Shown: piece after piece, positions 1 to 7,884 of the stretch | How positions within the stretch are numbered: the stretch's first letter is position 1 | How the letters are laid out: each line of letters begins with the position of its first letter | NCBI GenBank assembly: GCA_937989565.1 | Contig: CALKRM010000028.1 | Coordinates: forward strand, 717-64,716 | Source of the DNA: an uncultured Candidatus Saccharibacteria bacterium | GTDB taxonomy: Bacteria > Patescibacteriota > Saccharimonadia > Saccharimonadales > Saccharimonadaceae | Direction of reading: 5' to 3' | DNA length: 64,000 nt | Made by a program: the position numbers and the translations under genes | Notes under the pieces: generated by a model | Database searches by the model: none | Told to the model about the DNA's origin: nothing | The model's input: the letters and a program-made list of their open reading frames with translations, nothing else

Positions 1-522
1 GCACCGATTACTACGCCACTGGAGTCTCCGTTTATTGCTAATGTTGAAGTGGAGAAGCGACCGCTTGGTTCTGTTAACCAAACTATGACTAGTTCTGAGA
101 TGAATAGCGATGAAGATATGTCTATGTCTGCTGATTCTGAGGATGTAAAATTGGAACATCAATATAATACCAATTTATCTAATTACAACATGAGCGAAAA
201 TTCTTTGGGCGACGTGCCTGACTCGCCAATGGATTTGAGTCCAGAAATTATAGCAATTGAGGAGGCTGGCGTTCCTGAAGATTCAGACGATAAAATGTCC
301 ACCGATATTGACAGTTCTTTGATCGAATCTTCCGAATTATCCGAAAAAGAAGCTATGGATTCTGAGCCGGCACCGATGTTTGCAGCCGTATCTACAGAGG
401 TCAAGCCTTCAGTCGACAAAGAAAAGAAAAAATCTGGATTATTAATAGCGTTGCTTATTGTTCTATTTTTGGCAATTGGTATGGCTGGCGGCGCTGTTTC
501 GTACTTTTTGCTGATAAAATAG
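1..522 (+). CDS. hypothetical acidic Ser/Asp/Glu-rich protein with a C-terminal TM anchor; the 5' end may lie upstream of the window
   Basis: Frame 1 is open from nt 1 (ORF track 49..522, GTG). Low-complexity acidic body, hydrophobic tail LLIALLIVLFLAIGMAGGAVSYFLL, TAG stop at 520-522. Confidence 0.45.
   Translation, partial: APITTPLESPFIANVEVEKRPLGSVNQTMTSSEMNSDEDMSMSADSEDVKLEHQYNTNLSNYNMSENSLGDVPDSPMDLSPEIIAIEEAGVPEDSDDKMSTDIDSSLIESSELSEKEAMDSEPAPMFAAVSTEVKPSVDKEKKKSGLLIALLIVLFLAIGMAGGAVSYFLLIK
512..520 (+). promoter_or_regulatory. extended -10 (TGaTAAAAT) 6 nt upstream of the pcrA ATG
   Basis: ctGATAAAATagatatATG; no Shine-Dalgarno sequence between the box and the ATG at 527. Confidence 0.5.
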
Positions 523-526
523 ATAT

Positions 527-2629
527 ATGTCTAATTTTACTGACGGATTAAATAGCGAGCAGGCTCGAGCGGTGACACACGCTGATGGGCCACTGTTGAT
601 TTTGGCTGGAGCTGGATCTGGAAAGACTAAAACTCTAACCCATAGAATTGCCTATTTGATTGGCGAGTTGAAAATATTTCCTAGTCGAATATTGGCGGTT
701 ACATTTACTAATAAAGCCGCGAAGGAAATGCGTCAGCGATTGGCGCAAATACTGGGTGAAGATTCTGAAAATCGGCAATTTATGCCGTGGATGGGAACTT
801 TTCACAGTATTTGCGTGCGAATGTTGCGGATGGATGGTGAAAATATTGGCCTGAACAAGCGATTCTTAATTTACGATACCGACGATCAAATAAGCTTGAT
901 GAAGCAAATTATGAAGGCTCGCGGCTTGACGGATAAAGATATTAAACCTCGAGCTGTACTTTCGGCTATTTCGAACGCTAAAAATGAGATGAGAAATGCT
1001 GAGGATTTTTCGGCTTCGACTCGCGGTCCAAGAGAACAGAAAATAGCTGAATTATTTTTTGCTTACGAAAAAGCCTTGAAAGATGCTTCGGCGTTGGATT
1101 TTGATGATTTATTGATAAAAACTGTGGAATTATTGAGAAATAAGCCAGATATTCGTCATAAATGGCAGCAGCAATTCGAACATATTCTGATTGACGAGTA
1201 TCAGGACACGAATGCGGTGCAGTATGCGCTAATTAAGCTGTTGGTTAATTCGCGCCGCAATTTATGTGTGGTTGGCGATGACGCTCAGTCGATTTATAGT
1301 TTTCGCGGGGCTGATTATACTAATATTCTCAATTTTGAGCGTGATTTTCCGGGCACGACGGTGGTCAAGCTGGAGCAAAATTATCGTTCGACTGGCGCGA
1401 TTTTGAATATGGCAAATGCGCTGATTAGTCATAATATTCATAGAACTGATAAAAATTTATGGACGGCGAATGGCGACGGTGTTGAGCCGAAATTATGGCA
1501 ATTATACAATGAATCTGAGGAGGCTTTGGCGATTGCGAATGAGATTCAGGCGCAAATTGCGAACGGTCGTCAATATGGCGACGTGGCGGTGTTGTACCGA
1601 ACGAATGCGCAAAGTTACGCAATTGAGCGAGCCTTGCGTCAGAGTTATATTCCGTATAAAATCGTCGGCGGTTTGCGATTTTTGGATCGAGCGGTCGTTA
1701 AGGATTTATTGGCATATCTGCGATTGTTGTATCAGCCGAGTGATCGAGTTAGTTTTTTGCGAATTGTGAATACGCCAAAACGTGGCGTTGGCGCGGTGAG
1801 TATTTCTAAGTTTCTGGACTGGAATGACGCGTCAGGGAAGGACATAATTAGCGGGTTACTGGCGGTTGAGGAGGCGGATACTTTGACGGCGCGCGCGAAA
1901 CGCCCATTGCTAGAGTTTGGTCAAAAACTGCACGATTTGCAGCAGGAAATTGACGGATCTCCAGCCGAACTGATTGAAAAAATCATGAAAAGGACTGGCT
2001 ATGAAGATTTTATAAACGACGGAACGCCGCAAGCTGAGGAGCGAATGGAAAATATCGGCGTGCTTTTGTCAGAGGCGAAGGCTTACGTTGACGTGGCAAC
2101 GTTTTTGGAAGAGATGGCTTTGATGTCTTCGACGGATACGACTGCCGATCAGCAAGTAACGCTCATGACACTTCATGCGGCTAAAGGTTTGGAGTTTCCG
2201 GTGGTTTTTCTGGCGGGACTGGAAGAGGGGATTCTGCCGCATGCGAGAGTGTTTGATAGCGGCAACGCTGATGACGTCGAAGAGGAGCGTAGGTTGTGCT
2301 ACGTTGGTGTGACTCGGGCGAGGGAAGAATTATTCGTTAGTTGTGCTAGTTCTCGGACGCAATTTGGTCAGATTGGCTATAATATGCCATCGAGGTTTTT
2401 GGACGAGATGGGTTTGATGGCTGGTGGGGTTGATAGGCCAGCTCAGCCGATGGTAGAACCTGATTTTTATTCGGAAGATATTGGTTTGGAAGTTGGCGAT
2501 CGAGTTCGCAGTCCGAGTTTTGGTTCGGGGGAAATTATTGATAGCGAAGGGCTGAGTGTTACGGTTCAGTTTGACAATGGAAATATTAAGAAATTGAACG
2601 TCGAGTTCGCGCGCTTGGAGAAAATTTGA
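527..2629 (+). CDS. pcrA: ATP-dependent DNA helicase, PcrA/UvrD family
   Basis: 700 aa. Walker A GAGSGKTKTL; SF1 motifs DEYQDTN, VGDDAQSIYSFRGA, QNYRS, TLHAAKGLEF, YVGVTRA. Confidence 0.93.
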   Translation: MSNFTDGLNSEQARAVTHADGPLLILAGAGSGKTKTLTHRIAYLIGELKIFPSRILAVTFTNKAAKEMRQRLAQILGEDSENRQFMPWMGTFHSICVRMLRMDGENIGLNKRFLIYDTDDQISLMKQIMKARGLTDKDIKPRAVLSAISNAKNEMRNAEDFSASTRGPREQKIAELFFAYEKALKDASALDFDDLLIKTVELLRNKPDIRHKWQQQFEHILIDEYQDTNAVQYALIKLLVNSRRNLCVVGDDAQSIYSFRGADYTNILNFERDFPGTTVVKLEQNYRSTGAILNMANALISHNIHRTDKNLWTANGDGVEPKLWQLYNESEEALAIANEIQAQIANGRQYGDVAVLYRTNAQSYAIERALRQSYIPYKIVGGLRFLDRAVVKDLLAYLRLLYQPSDRVSFLRIVNTPKRGVGAVSISKFLDWNDASGKDIISGLLAVEEADTLTARAKRPLLEFGQKLHDLQQEIDGSPAELIEKIMKRTGYEDFINDGTPQAEERMENIGVLLSEAKAYVDVATFLEEMALMSSTDTTADQQVTLMTLHAAKGLEFPVVFLAGLEEGILPHARVFDSGNADDVEEERRLCYVGVTRAREELFVSCASSRTQFGQIGYNMPSRFLDEMGLMAGGVDRPAQPMVEPDFYSEDIGLEVGDRVRSPSFGSGEIIDSEGLSVTVQFDNGNIKKLNVEFARLEKI

Positions 2630-2664
2630 TATAATAAGAATACCTACGTTGTGGGTGTGAACTT

Positions 2665-3855
2665 ATGGGTATAAGATTACAAGCAAAACACTATTCTAAG
2701 AAAATTACGTTCGTTTCTGGCGCGATATTGATGCTGGTTGGCGGTTTGTTTTTTGTCAATCAAGCATTGGCTGACGCTACTAAGCCAGCCGCCAAGGCTG
2801 GTGAAAAGTTGGTGACGATTTACGACAGGGGCGCAGAAAAGACGATCGTTACAAAAGCGAGAACGATTCGCGAGGCTTTGAAATTGGCTAAGTTTTCTAT
2901 TGATGAACGCCAAGACGTAGTCGAGCCGAGTCTTGATTCGGAGATGGTGGCGGAGAAGTACAATATTAATATTTTCCGCGCTCGTCCAATAACAATTGTC
3001 GACGAAAATAAGCGCCTAAAGGTAACTACTGCCGAGCAGACGCCAGCTTTGATTGCGAAGGCCGCTGGAATCGAAGTTTTTGAAGAGGATAAAACTACTC
3101 TGTCTAATTCCGATAATATGGCGGTTGATGGCGCAAACATGGTGATGAAAATTGACAGAGCTTCAATGGTTAATTTTGTACTTTACGGCAAAGAATCTGT
3201 CATTCGTACACACGCTAAGACGGTTGGCGAGTTATTGAAAGAGAAGAATATAGACCCAAAGAAAGATGATACGCTATCTGTGGATCGTTCGGCAAAAATT
3301 ATTCCTGGAATGAAAATTGAACTTTGGCGTAATGGCAAGCAAACTATAACCGCAGAAGAAGATGTGAAATTTGAGGTTGAAAAAGTTCAAGACGCGAATC
3401 GAGATTCGGGATATCGCGAAGTAAAACAGGCGGGCGAGAACGGCAAGAAGAACGTTACTTATGAAATCGAAATGAAGAACGGCGTGGAGGTGAGCCGTAA
3501 GGAAATCGCTAGTGTTGTAGCAAAAGAGCCAAAGAAGCAGATTGAGATTGTGGGGACGAAAGTTAGTTTACCTTCTGGATCTCATTCGGATTGGATGTCT
3601 GCGGCTGGCATTAGCCCTGATGATTATGGCTATGTGAATTTCATTTTTACGAAAGAGTCAACTTGGCGAACGACGGCTAGGAATGGACAATATGCTGGGC
3701 TCGGTCAGACGAATATAAATAAGCTTTCTCAGGCTTGTCCAAACTGGCAAAGTGATCCAGTTTGTCAGATTAGAGTTTTCAATAATTATGCCGTAAGTAG
3801 ATATGGTAGTTGGGCTGGGGCTTACAATGCATGGAATCGCCAAAAATGGTGGTAG
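2665..3855 (+). CDS. membrane-anchored DUF348/G5 peptidoglycan hydrolase with a C-terminal lysozyme-like module (RpfB-type domain order)
   Basis: 396 aa. N-terminal TM, DUF348-like repeats, G5 domain (TITAEEDVKFEVEKV...IEIVGTK). C-terminus carries TKEST...YAGLGQ...RYGSWAGAYNAWNRQKWW. Confidence 0.8.
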   Translation: MGIRLQAKHYSKKITFVSGAILMLVGGLFFVNQALADATKPAAKAGEKLVTIYDRGAEKTIVTKARTIREALKLAKFSIDERQDVVEPSLDSEMVAEKYNINIFRARPITIVDENKRLKVTTAEQTPALIAKAAGIEVFEEDKTTLSNSDNMAVDGANMVMKIDRASMVNFVLYGKESVIRTHAKTVGELLKEKNIDPKKDDTLSVDRSAKIIPGMKIELWRNGKQTITAEEDVKFEVEKVQDANRDSGYREVKQAGENGKKNVTYEIEMKNGVEVSRKEIASVVAKEPKKQIEIVGTKVSLPSGSHSDWMSAAGISPDDYGYVNFIFTKESTWRTTARNGQYAGLGQTNINKLSQACPNWQSDPVCQIRVFNNYAVSRYGSWAGAYNAWNRQKWW

Positions 3856-3952
3856 ACTAACGCTGGTGGCGTAAGTTGGTTGTAGTCTATAGATAAAAAG
3901 CGCTTAATCTGATATAATTTTTCTAACACATTGTGTGAATTGTCAAATTATT

Positions 3953-4972
3953 ATGCGCGCAAAAGGTTTATTTTTTGGAAAAATTATTGGATTGGCTGTG
4001 TTGGTTGCGATTGCGACTCCAATGATTTCGTTTGCTGACGGAAATACTTCTGGTGAGCATTTGGTTCGTATTTATGATCGCGGTGAAGAAAAGACGATTA
4101 TCACAAACGCATTGACCGTTCGGCAGGCTTTGCGTGCAGCTAAGATTACGATTGACGAAAAGATTGATGCGGTTGAACCAAATATTGATATGGAATTGAC
4201 TGGCGCGAAATACCAGGTCAATATTTTCCGCGCTCGTCCAATAACAATCGTCGATGGAAATAAACGCTTGAAAATAACCACAGCTGAACAAACACCAGCT
4301 TTGATTGCGAAGGCCGCTGGGCTGACTTTGTATCGTGAAGATAAGACGCATTTTACGAATTCCGACGATCTTTTGGTGAACGGTGTGGGTCTGGTAATGA
4401 AGATTGAACGATCAAAACAGCGAACGATAACTGAAGAAGTTGATATTAATTTTGATATTGAGCAGATTAAGGACGGTTCTCAGCCGATTGGATTTAAGAG
4501 TGTTAAGCAGCTTGGGGAAAAAGGTGTGCGGAAGGTGACTTATCAGGTTGAGGTAGAGAACGAGCGCGAGATTAGTCGTAAGGAAGTTGCTAGCGAAATT
4601 ATAAAGCAGCCGAAGAAGCAGATTGAAATAATTGGCACGAAGCCTAAAAATCCATTGACGAAAAGTAAGGGCGCGCAGATATTTACCGACTCCAAGGGTG
4701 TAGCACATCGCGAGACGTATTATGACTTGCCGATGAATATTGTGATAAAAGCTTGTGGTAGCGGCGGTACTTATACAGTGCGGGCGGACGGCGCGAAGGT
4801 TGATAAAGATGGTTATATTTTGGTGGCGGCTAATTATGGTAATTATCCGCGATGTTCGGTGGTTGAGACCAGTATGGGTCCAGGCAAGGTTTACGATACC
4901 GGTGGATTTGCAGCTAAGCATCCGCACGGATTCGACTTGGCGACTGACTGGACGAATGGAGATGGGCGCTAA
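3953..4972 (+). CDS. membrane-anchored DUF348/G5/3D-domain protein (YabE-like)
   Basis: 339 aa from ATG 3953 (track start is GTG 3935). TM, DUF348 repeats, G5. C-terminal 3D/DPBB-like module (YYDLP..GYILVAAN..VVETSMGPGKVYDTGG). About 60% identical to the upstream paralogue over the N-terminal two thirds. Confidence 0.8.
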   Translation: MRAKGLFFGKIIGLAVLVAIATPMISFADGNTSGEHLVRIYDRGEEKTIITNALTVRQALRAAKITIDEKIDAVEPNIDMELTGAKYQVNIFRARPITIVDGNKRLKITTAEQTPALIAKAAGLTLYREDKTHFTNSDDLLVNGVGLVMKIERSKQRTITEEVDINFDIEQIKDGSQPIGFKSVKQLGEKGVRKVTYQVEVENEREISRKEVASEIIKQPKKQIEIIGTKPKNPLTKSKGAQIFTDSKGVAHRETYYDLPMNIVIKACGSGGTYTVRADGAKVDKDGYILVAANYGNYPRCSVVETSMGPGKVYDTGGFAAKHPHGFDLATDWTNGDGR

Positions 4973-5761
4973 ATGGTTTCTTCTCATGGACCAAAAAAAT
5001 CGCTTGGGCAGCACTGGCTGAAAGATCCAGAGATTTTAGCGGATATTGCTGAAGCGGCCGAATTGACGGGTGATGATGTTGTGTTGGAGATCGGACCAGG
5101 GTTAGGCACTTTGACTAGTCGCTTGTTGGCTCGAGCTAATTCGGTGACCGCCGTGGAATTTGACGCGGATTTGGCGCGAAAACTACCAGGGCAATTTCCT
5201 GGGAAAAAATTAACTGTCGTAAATCAAGATATATTGCAATTTGATCTGAATCAATTGCCAAAAAATTACAAAGTCGTAGCTAATGTCCCATATTACATTA
5301 CTAGCAAAATTGTTGAAAAATTGATGACTGCGGAAAATAAGCCGAGCATTGCGGTACTGTTGGTACAAAAAGAAGTTGCCGAGCGAATTGCGGGAGAGGC
5401 TGGGAGTATGAGCATTCTATCTGTGAGCGTTCAGATTTTTGCTGAGGCGGAGCTAGATATTGAAGTGCCGCGGCAATTCTTCACGCCGCCGCCAAAAGTT
5501 GACTCGCAGGTTGTAGTTTTGAGGACTCGTAATAATCCGTTAATTACTCCAGAAGATCAGAGAGATTTTTTCCGCATTGTTAAGGCTGGATTCTCTGCAA
5601 AGCGCAAGAAGTTGCGTTCTAGTTTGAGCGGTGGGCTGGGAATTGACAAGAGTGTGGCGGAAGAATTGCTGAAAAATGCAGGAATTTCACCAGATGCTCG
5701 CGCTGAAGATTTGGCGATTGAAGATTGGCGGCGGCTGCTCAAAGAATGGCGGGCGCGATGA
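4973..5761 (+). CDS. rsmA: 16S rRNA (adenine1518/1519-N6)-dimethyltransferase
   Basis: 262 aa. GQHWL N-terminus, SAM motif LEIGPGLGTLT, NVPYYITS. The ATG directly abuts the upstream TAA. Confidence 0.93.
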   Translation: MVSSHGPKKSLGQHWLKDPEILADIAEAAELTGDDVVLEIGPGLGTLTSRLLARANSVTAVEFDADLARKLPGQFPGKKLTVVNQDILQFDLNQLPKNYKVVANVPYYITSKIVEKLMTAENKPSIAVLLVQKEVAERIAGEAGSMSILSVSVQIFAEAELDIEVPRQFFTPPPKVDSQVVVLRTRNNPLITPEDQRDFFRIVKAGFSAKRKKLRSSLSGGLGIDKSVAEELLKNAGISPDARAEDLAIEDWRRLLKEWRAR

Positions 5762-6498
5762 TTGTGGCAGATCAGCCGACGTGTTTTCCATCTGATCTAT
5801 TGGTTGCGGTCTCGTCGAAAGATGACGGCACTATGCTCAATCGTATTCGCGGTCGCCACGTAGCTGAGGTGCTGGAAAATCGGCGGCGGTTTTGTGACCA
5901 AATTGGTGTTAAGTATGACGACGTTGTCTATCACGTGATTTCATACGACCAAGGACAAACGTTTGATAATATCGCCGAAGTTACTGAAGCTGACACGACC
6001 CGACATAACAACGAGGGGATTTTTGCTGATGCGCTATATACCGAAGCGGCTGGCATCGGTTTATTTTTACCAGTGGCGGACTGTATCGCCACCGTTATAT
6101 ATGATCCAAAGCGTCGGGTGCTGATGCTGGCGCATTTGGGTCGGCATTCGACAGTTGCGCAGTTGATGTCTCAGGCCGTTCAGTATTTTGTCGAGCGCGG
6201 TAGCCAGGAAAAAGATTTACAAATTTGGATGTCACCAAGTATTACGCAGAAAAATTATCGTATGGATTATTTTGATCATACAAATGATACGAATTGGCAC
6301 AATTTCTGCCGTCAAACAGCTGATGGAATTTATCTAGACATGCAAGGGTTCAATCGTTCGCTAGCCATCCAGGCGGGCGTTCCTGCTGAAAATATTTTCA
6401 TCTCGCCAATTGATACGGCGGACAATCCAAATTATTTTTCGCACTCATCGGGTGATATTGGCGGTAGGTTTGTTGTCGTTGCGTGTATGCGATATTGA
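5758..6498 (+). CDS. pgeF: YfiH/PgeF (DUF152) family purine-nucleoside-phosphorylase/peptidoglycan-editing-factor-like protein
   Basis: 246 aa from ATG 5758, an ATGA overlap with the rsmA stop (track start 5725 would overlap rsmA by 37 nt). Motifs LPVADCIA, LAHLGRHS, SPSI, YFSHSSGDIGGRF. Confidence 0.75.
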   Translation: MIVADQPTCFPSDLLVAVSSKDDGTMLNRIRGRHVAEVLENRRRFCDQIGVKYDDVVYHVISYDQGQTFDNIAEVTEADTTRHNNEGIFADALYTEAAGIGLFLPVADCIATVIYDPKRRVLMLAHLGRHSTVAQLMSQAVQYFVERGSQEKDLQIWMSPSITQKNYRMDYFDHTNDTNWHNFCRQTADGIYLDMQGFNRSLAIQAGVPAENIFISPIDTADNPNYFSHSSGDIGGRFVVVACMRY

Positions 6499-6520
6499 CC
6501 GTCGACAGTTGTTTGTAATA

Positions 6521-6556
6521 AAAAGCAACTCAGTATTTTAAGGCTGAGTTGCTTTT
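6521..6556. terminator. bidirectional rho-independent terminator between convergent genes
   Basis: Perfect 13-bp stem aaaagcaactcag / ctgagttgctttt around a 10-nt loop, with A-run and T-run flanks. Confidence 0.8.
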
Positions 6557-6571
6557 GTGATTAAAGGTTAA

Positions 6572-7208
6572 TTAATCAATCAGATTTTCGTGTTTTAAAT
6601 CCTTAACGGCGTTGGTAGCTTCTTCTTCAGCGAACTTCCAATAGTTGGTAAGAGTTTTTATCAAGTTACTTCTACTATATTTTCCATTTTTCAGAATATC
6701 TATAGCTCGTAGTCGTGCTCGCTCAGTGTAGTTGATGCTATATTCTTCGATAACCTCCTCTACGTCCGATCTTTCAAATCCTTCAAGACCATTAGGGTCG
6801 CTCAGCACTTCAATTAAATGTTGCTTAGAATGCCAAGGATACCATACATTATTGGGATATCCTTTATCTTTGTTGTAGTCACTCTCAATGCAGTGATATT
6901 CAATAGCTCTACGTAGGTTTACTTTAAAATCATGATTTAGGAGATCGACTCCCTTTTCTGCCTCTTCCTTAGTAAATTTTCCACCATGCACTAGTAGATA
7001 TATAATATTACGTCTTGAATCTCCGGTTTCTTTCAATAAAATTTTTTTAGCTTCTTGTTGAGCTTGATCGATATAATCAATTTCTACAATATCAAGAGCT
7101 TTTTTTAGCTTCTTCCTTGGTGAATTTATTATAGACTAAACGATCTATAAGCATGTTTTTAGAGAACACACAGTCGTGCCGGTCGCCGCAGTGCTTGACA
7201 TCAATAGC
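6572..7208 (-). pseudogene. Ltp-type (host cell surface-exposed lipoprotein, PF07553-like) repeat region, cut off from the upstream CDS by an in-frame TAG and an A7 frameshift
   Basis: The frame of 7209..7856 continues past TAG 7209-7211 as AIDVKHCGDRHDCVFSKNMLIDRLVYNKFTKEEAKKSS*. One nt fewer in the T7 run at 7100-7106 joins it to ...KKALDIVEIDYIDQAQQEAKKILLKETGDS..., which is the 154-aa ORF 6572..7036 (TTG start). Repeated S..LI..L....FT.EEA..AV motifs. Confidence 0.55.
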
Positions 7209-7856
7209 CTACATTAGTGTCTTGATACTCAGCTTCGCATTATTTACATAGTTGTAATTTGGATAGAGCACGTCCATCAGTGCGATGACTGTGTCGTAAT
7301 TAGTCTTATGGCTTTGTGAGAACAATTCAGCTGTAGTCCTCTTAGAGATATTGGATCGGGTTGGGTTAATATATAGTATTGCTTTTTCTGCTAATTCTCT
7401 TGAAAACCTTTTGTCCCATTTTCCGTCGCTTCCAACTACATAGTTGTCTAGTGTGACGGTACTCTTTAACATATCACCATCTTTACCGACGTAGTAGTCG
7501 CCTACCCATTGATTTAATAGCATATGACCTTTAGTATCGAAGTAGTACCATTTATCTCCAATCATTTCCCAGGCGTTTTCTGTCATGTGTCCGCTGGTAT
7601 TAAAGTAGTACCAATAATCCTTTATATGTTCCCATTTGCTATGTGTGATATATCCGCGTCCATCAAAGTAATACCATTTGCCATCTATTCGTTGCCAATC
7701 ATTCTTTGGGTAACTTCCATTGGAATTTTTGTACCACCATCCAACTGAATCCCTCTGCCAGCTTCCTCCGTTGGCGCTTGCTGTTGCTGGTGTGTAGACG
7801 CCGATTATAGCAATGCTAATAGCTGCGGCTACGGCTAATTCTTCGTCATTAGTCAT
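7209..7856 (-). CDS. secreted protein with cell-wall/choline-binding repeats (CW_binding_1 type)
   Basis: 215 aa. Signal-like N-terminus ...IIGVYTPATASA. About 5 repeats of type GWWYKNSNG..W..IDGKWYYFD.RGY / DKWYYFDTKGHM. C-terminal Ltp-like repeat. Ends at a TAG that is in frame with further coding sequence. Confidence 0.75.
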   Translation of the reverse strand: MTNDEELAVAAAISIAIIGVYTPATASANGGSWQRDSVGWWYKNSNGSYPKNDWQRIDGKWYYFDGRGYITHSKWEHIKDYWYYFNTSGHMTENAWEMIGDKWYYFDTKGHMLLNQWVGDYYVGKDGDMLKSTVTLDNYVVGSDGKWDKRFSRELAEKAILYINPTRSNISKRTTAELFSQSHKTNYDTVIALMDVLYPNYNYVNNAKLSIKTLM

Positions 7857-7869
7857 GATCTGCTGAATT

Positions 7870-7878
7870 TGCTATAAT
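7870..7878 (+). promoter_or_regulatory. extended -10 (TGcTATAAT) 6 nt upstream of the metG ATG
   Basis: tTGCTATAATttacctATG; no SD. Confidence 0.6.
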
Positions 7879-7884
7879 TTACCT

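Noticed and set aside
4412-5014. 200-aa minus-strand ORF, plus similar long antisense ORFs at 12138..12560, 12602..13108, 14413..15144, 15169..15729, 25281..25826, 36468..36959, 37938..38777, 39217..39708, 43484..44011, 44378..44884, 45783..46361, 49318..49884, 51285..51806, 56746..57300
   Set aside because: All lie antisense to, or out of frame within, genes with unambiguous family motifs (rsmA, mnmA, alaS, uvrA, uvrC, SBP, ligA, leuS, nusB, rmuC and others). Their products are low-complexity and Arg/Ser/Ile-rich, as expected for shadow ORFs, and they have no start signals.
5725-5757. ORF-track upstream starts for several genes (5725 pgeF, 14239 alaS, 31245 trxA, 33497 HD, 37289 holin-like, 42812 ligA, 44868, 51434 NUDIX, 52704 KH, 55345 PAP2, 55867, 59743, 60788 rclA, 62163 HIT)
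   Set aside because: These extensions overlap upstream genes, terminators or the -10 boxes themselves. Downstream in-frame ATG or GTG codons with an SD or the 6-7 nt leaderless spacing fit better and match family N-termini.
7209-7211. TAG read-through or recoding (e.g. an alternative genetic code) to explain the in-frame stop
   Set aside because: TAG terminates confident genes here (pheS 59802-59804, trmD, secG). TGA and TAA are also used as stops (pcrA, rsmA, uvrA). Standard code 11 fits everywhere, so a nonsense mutation is the simpler reading.
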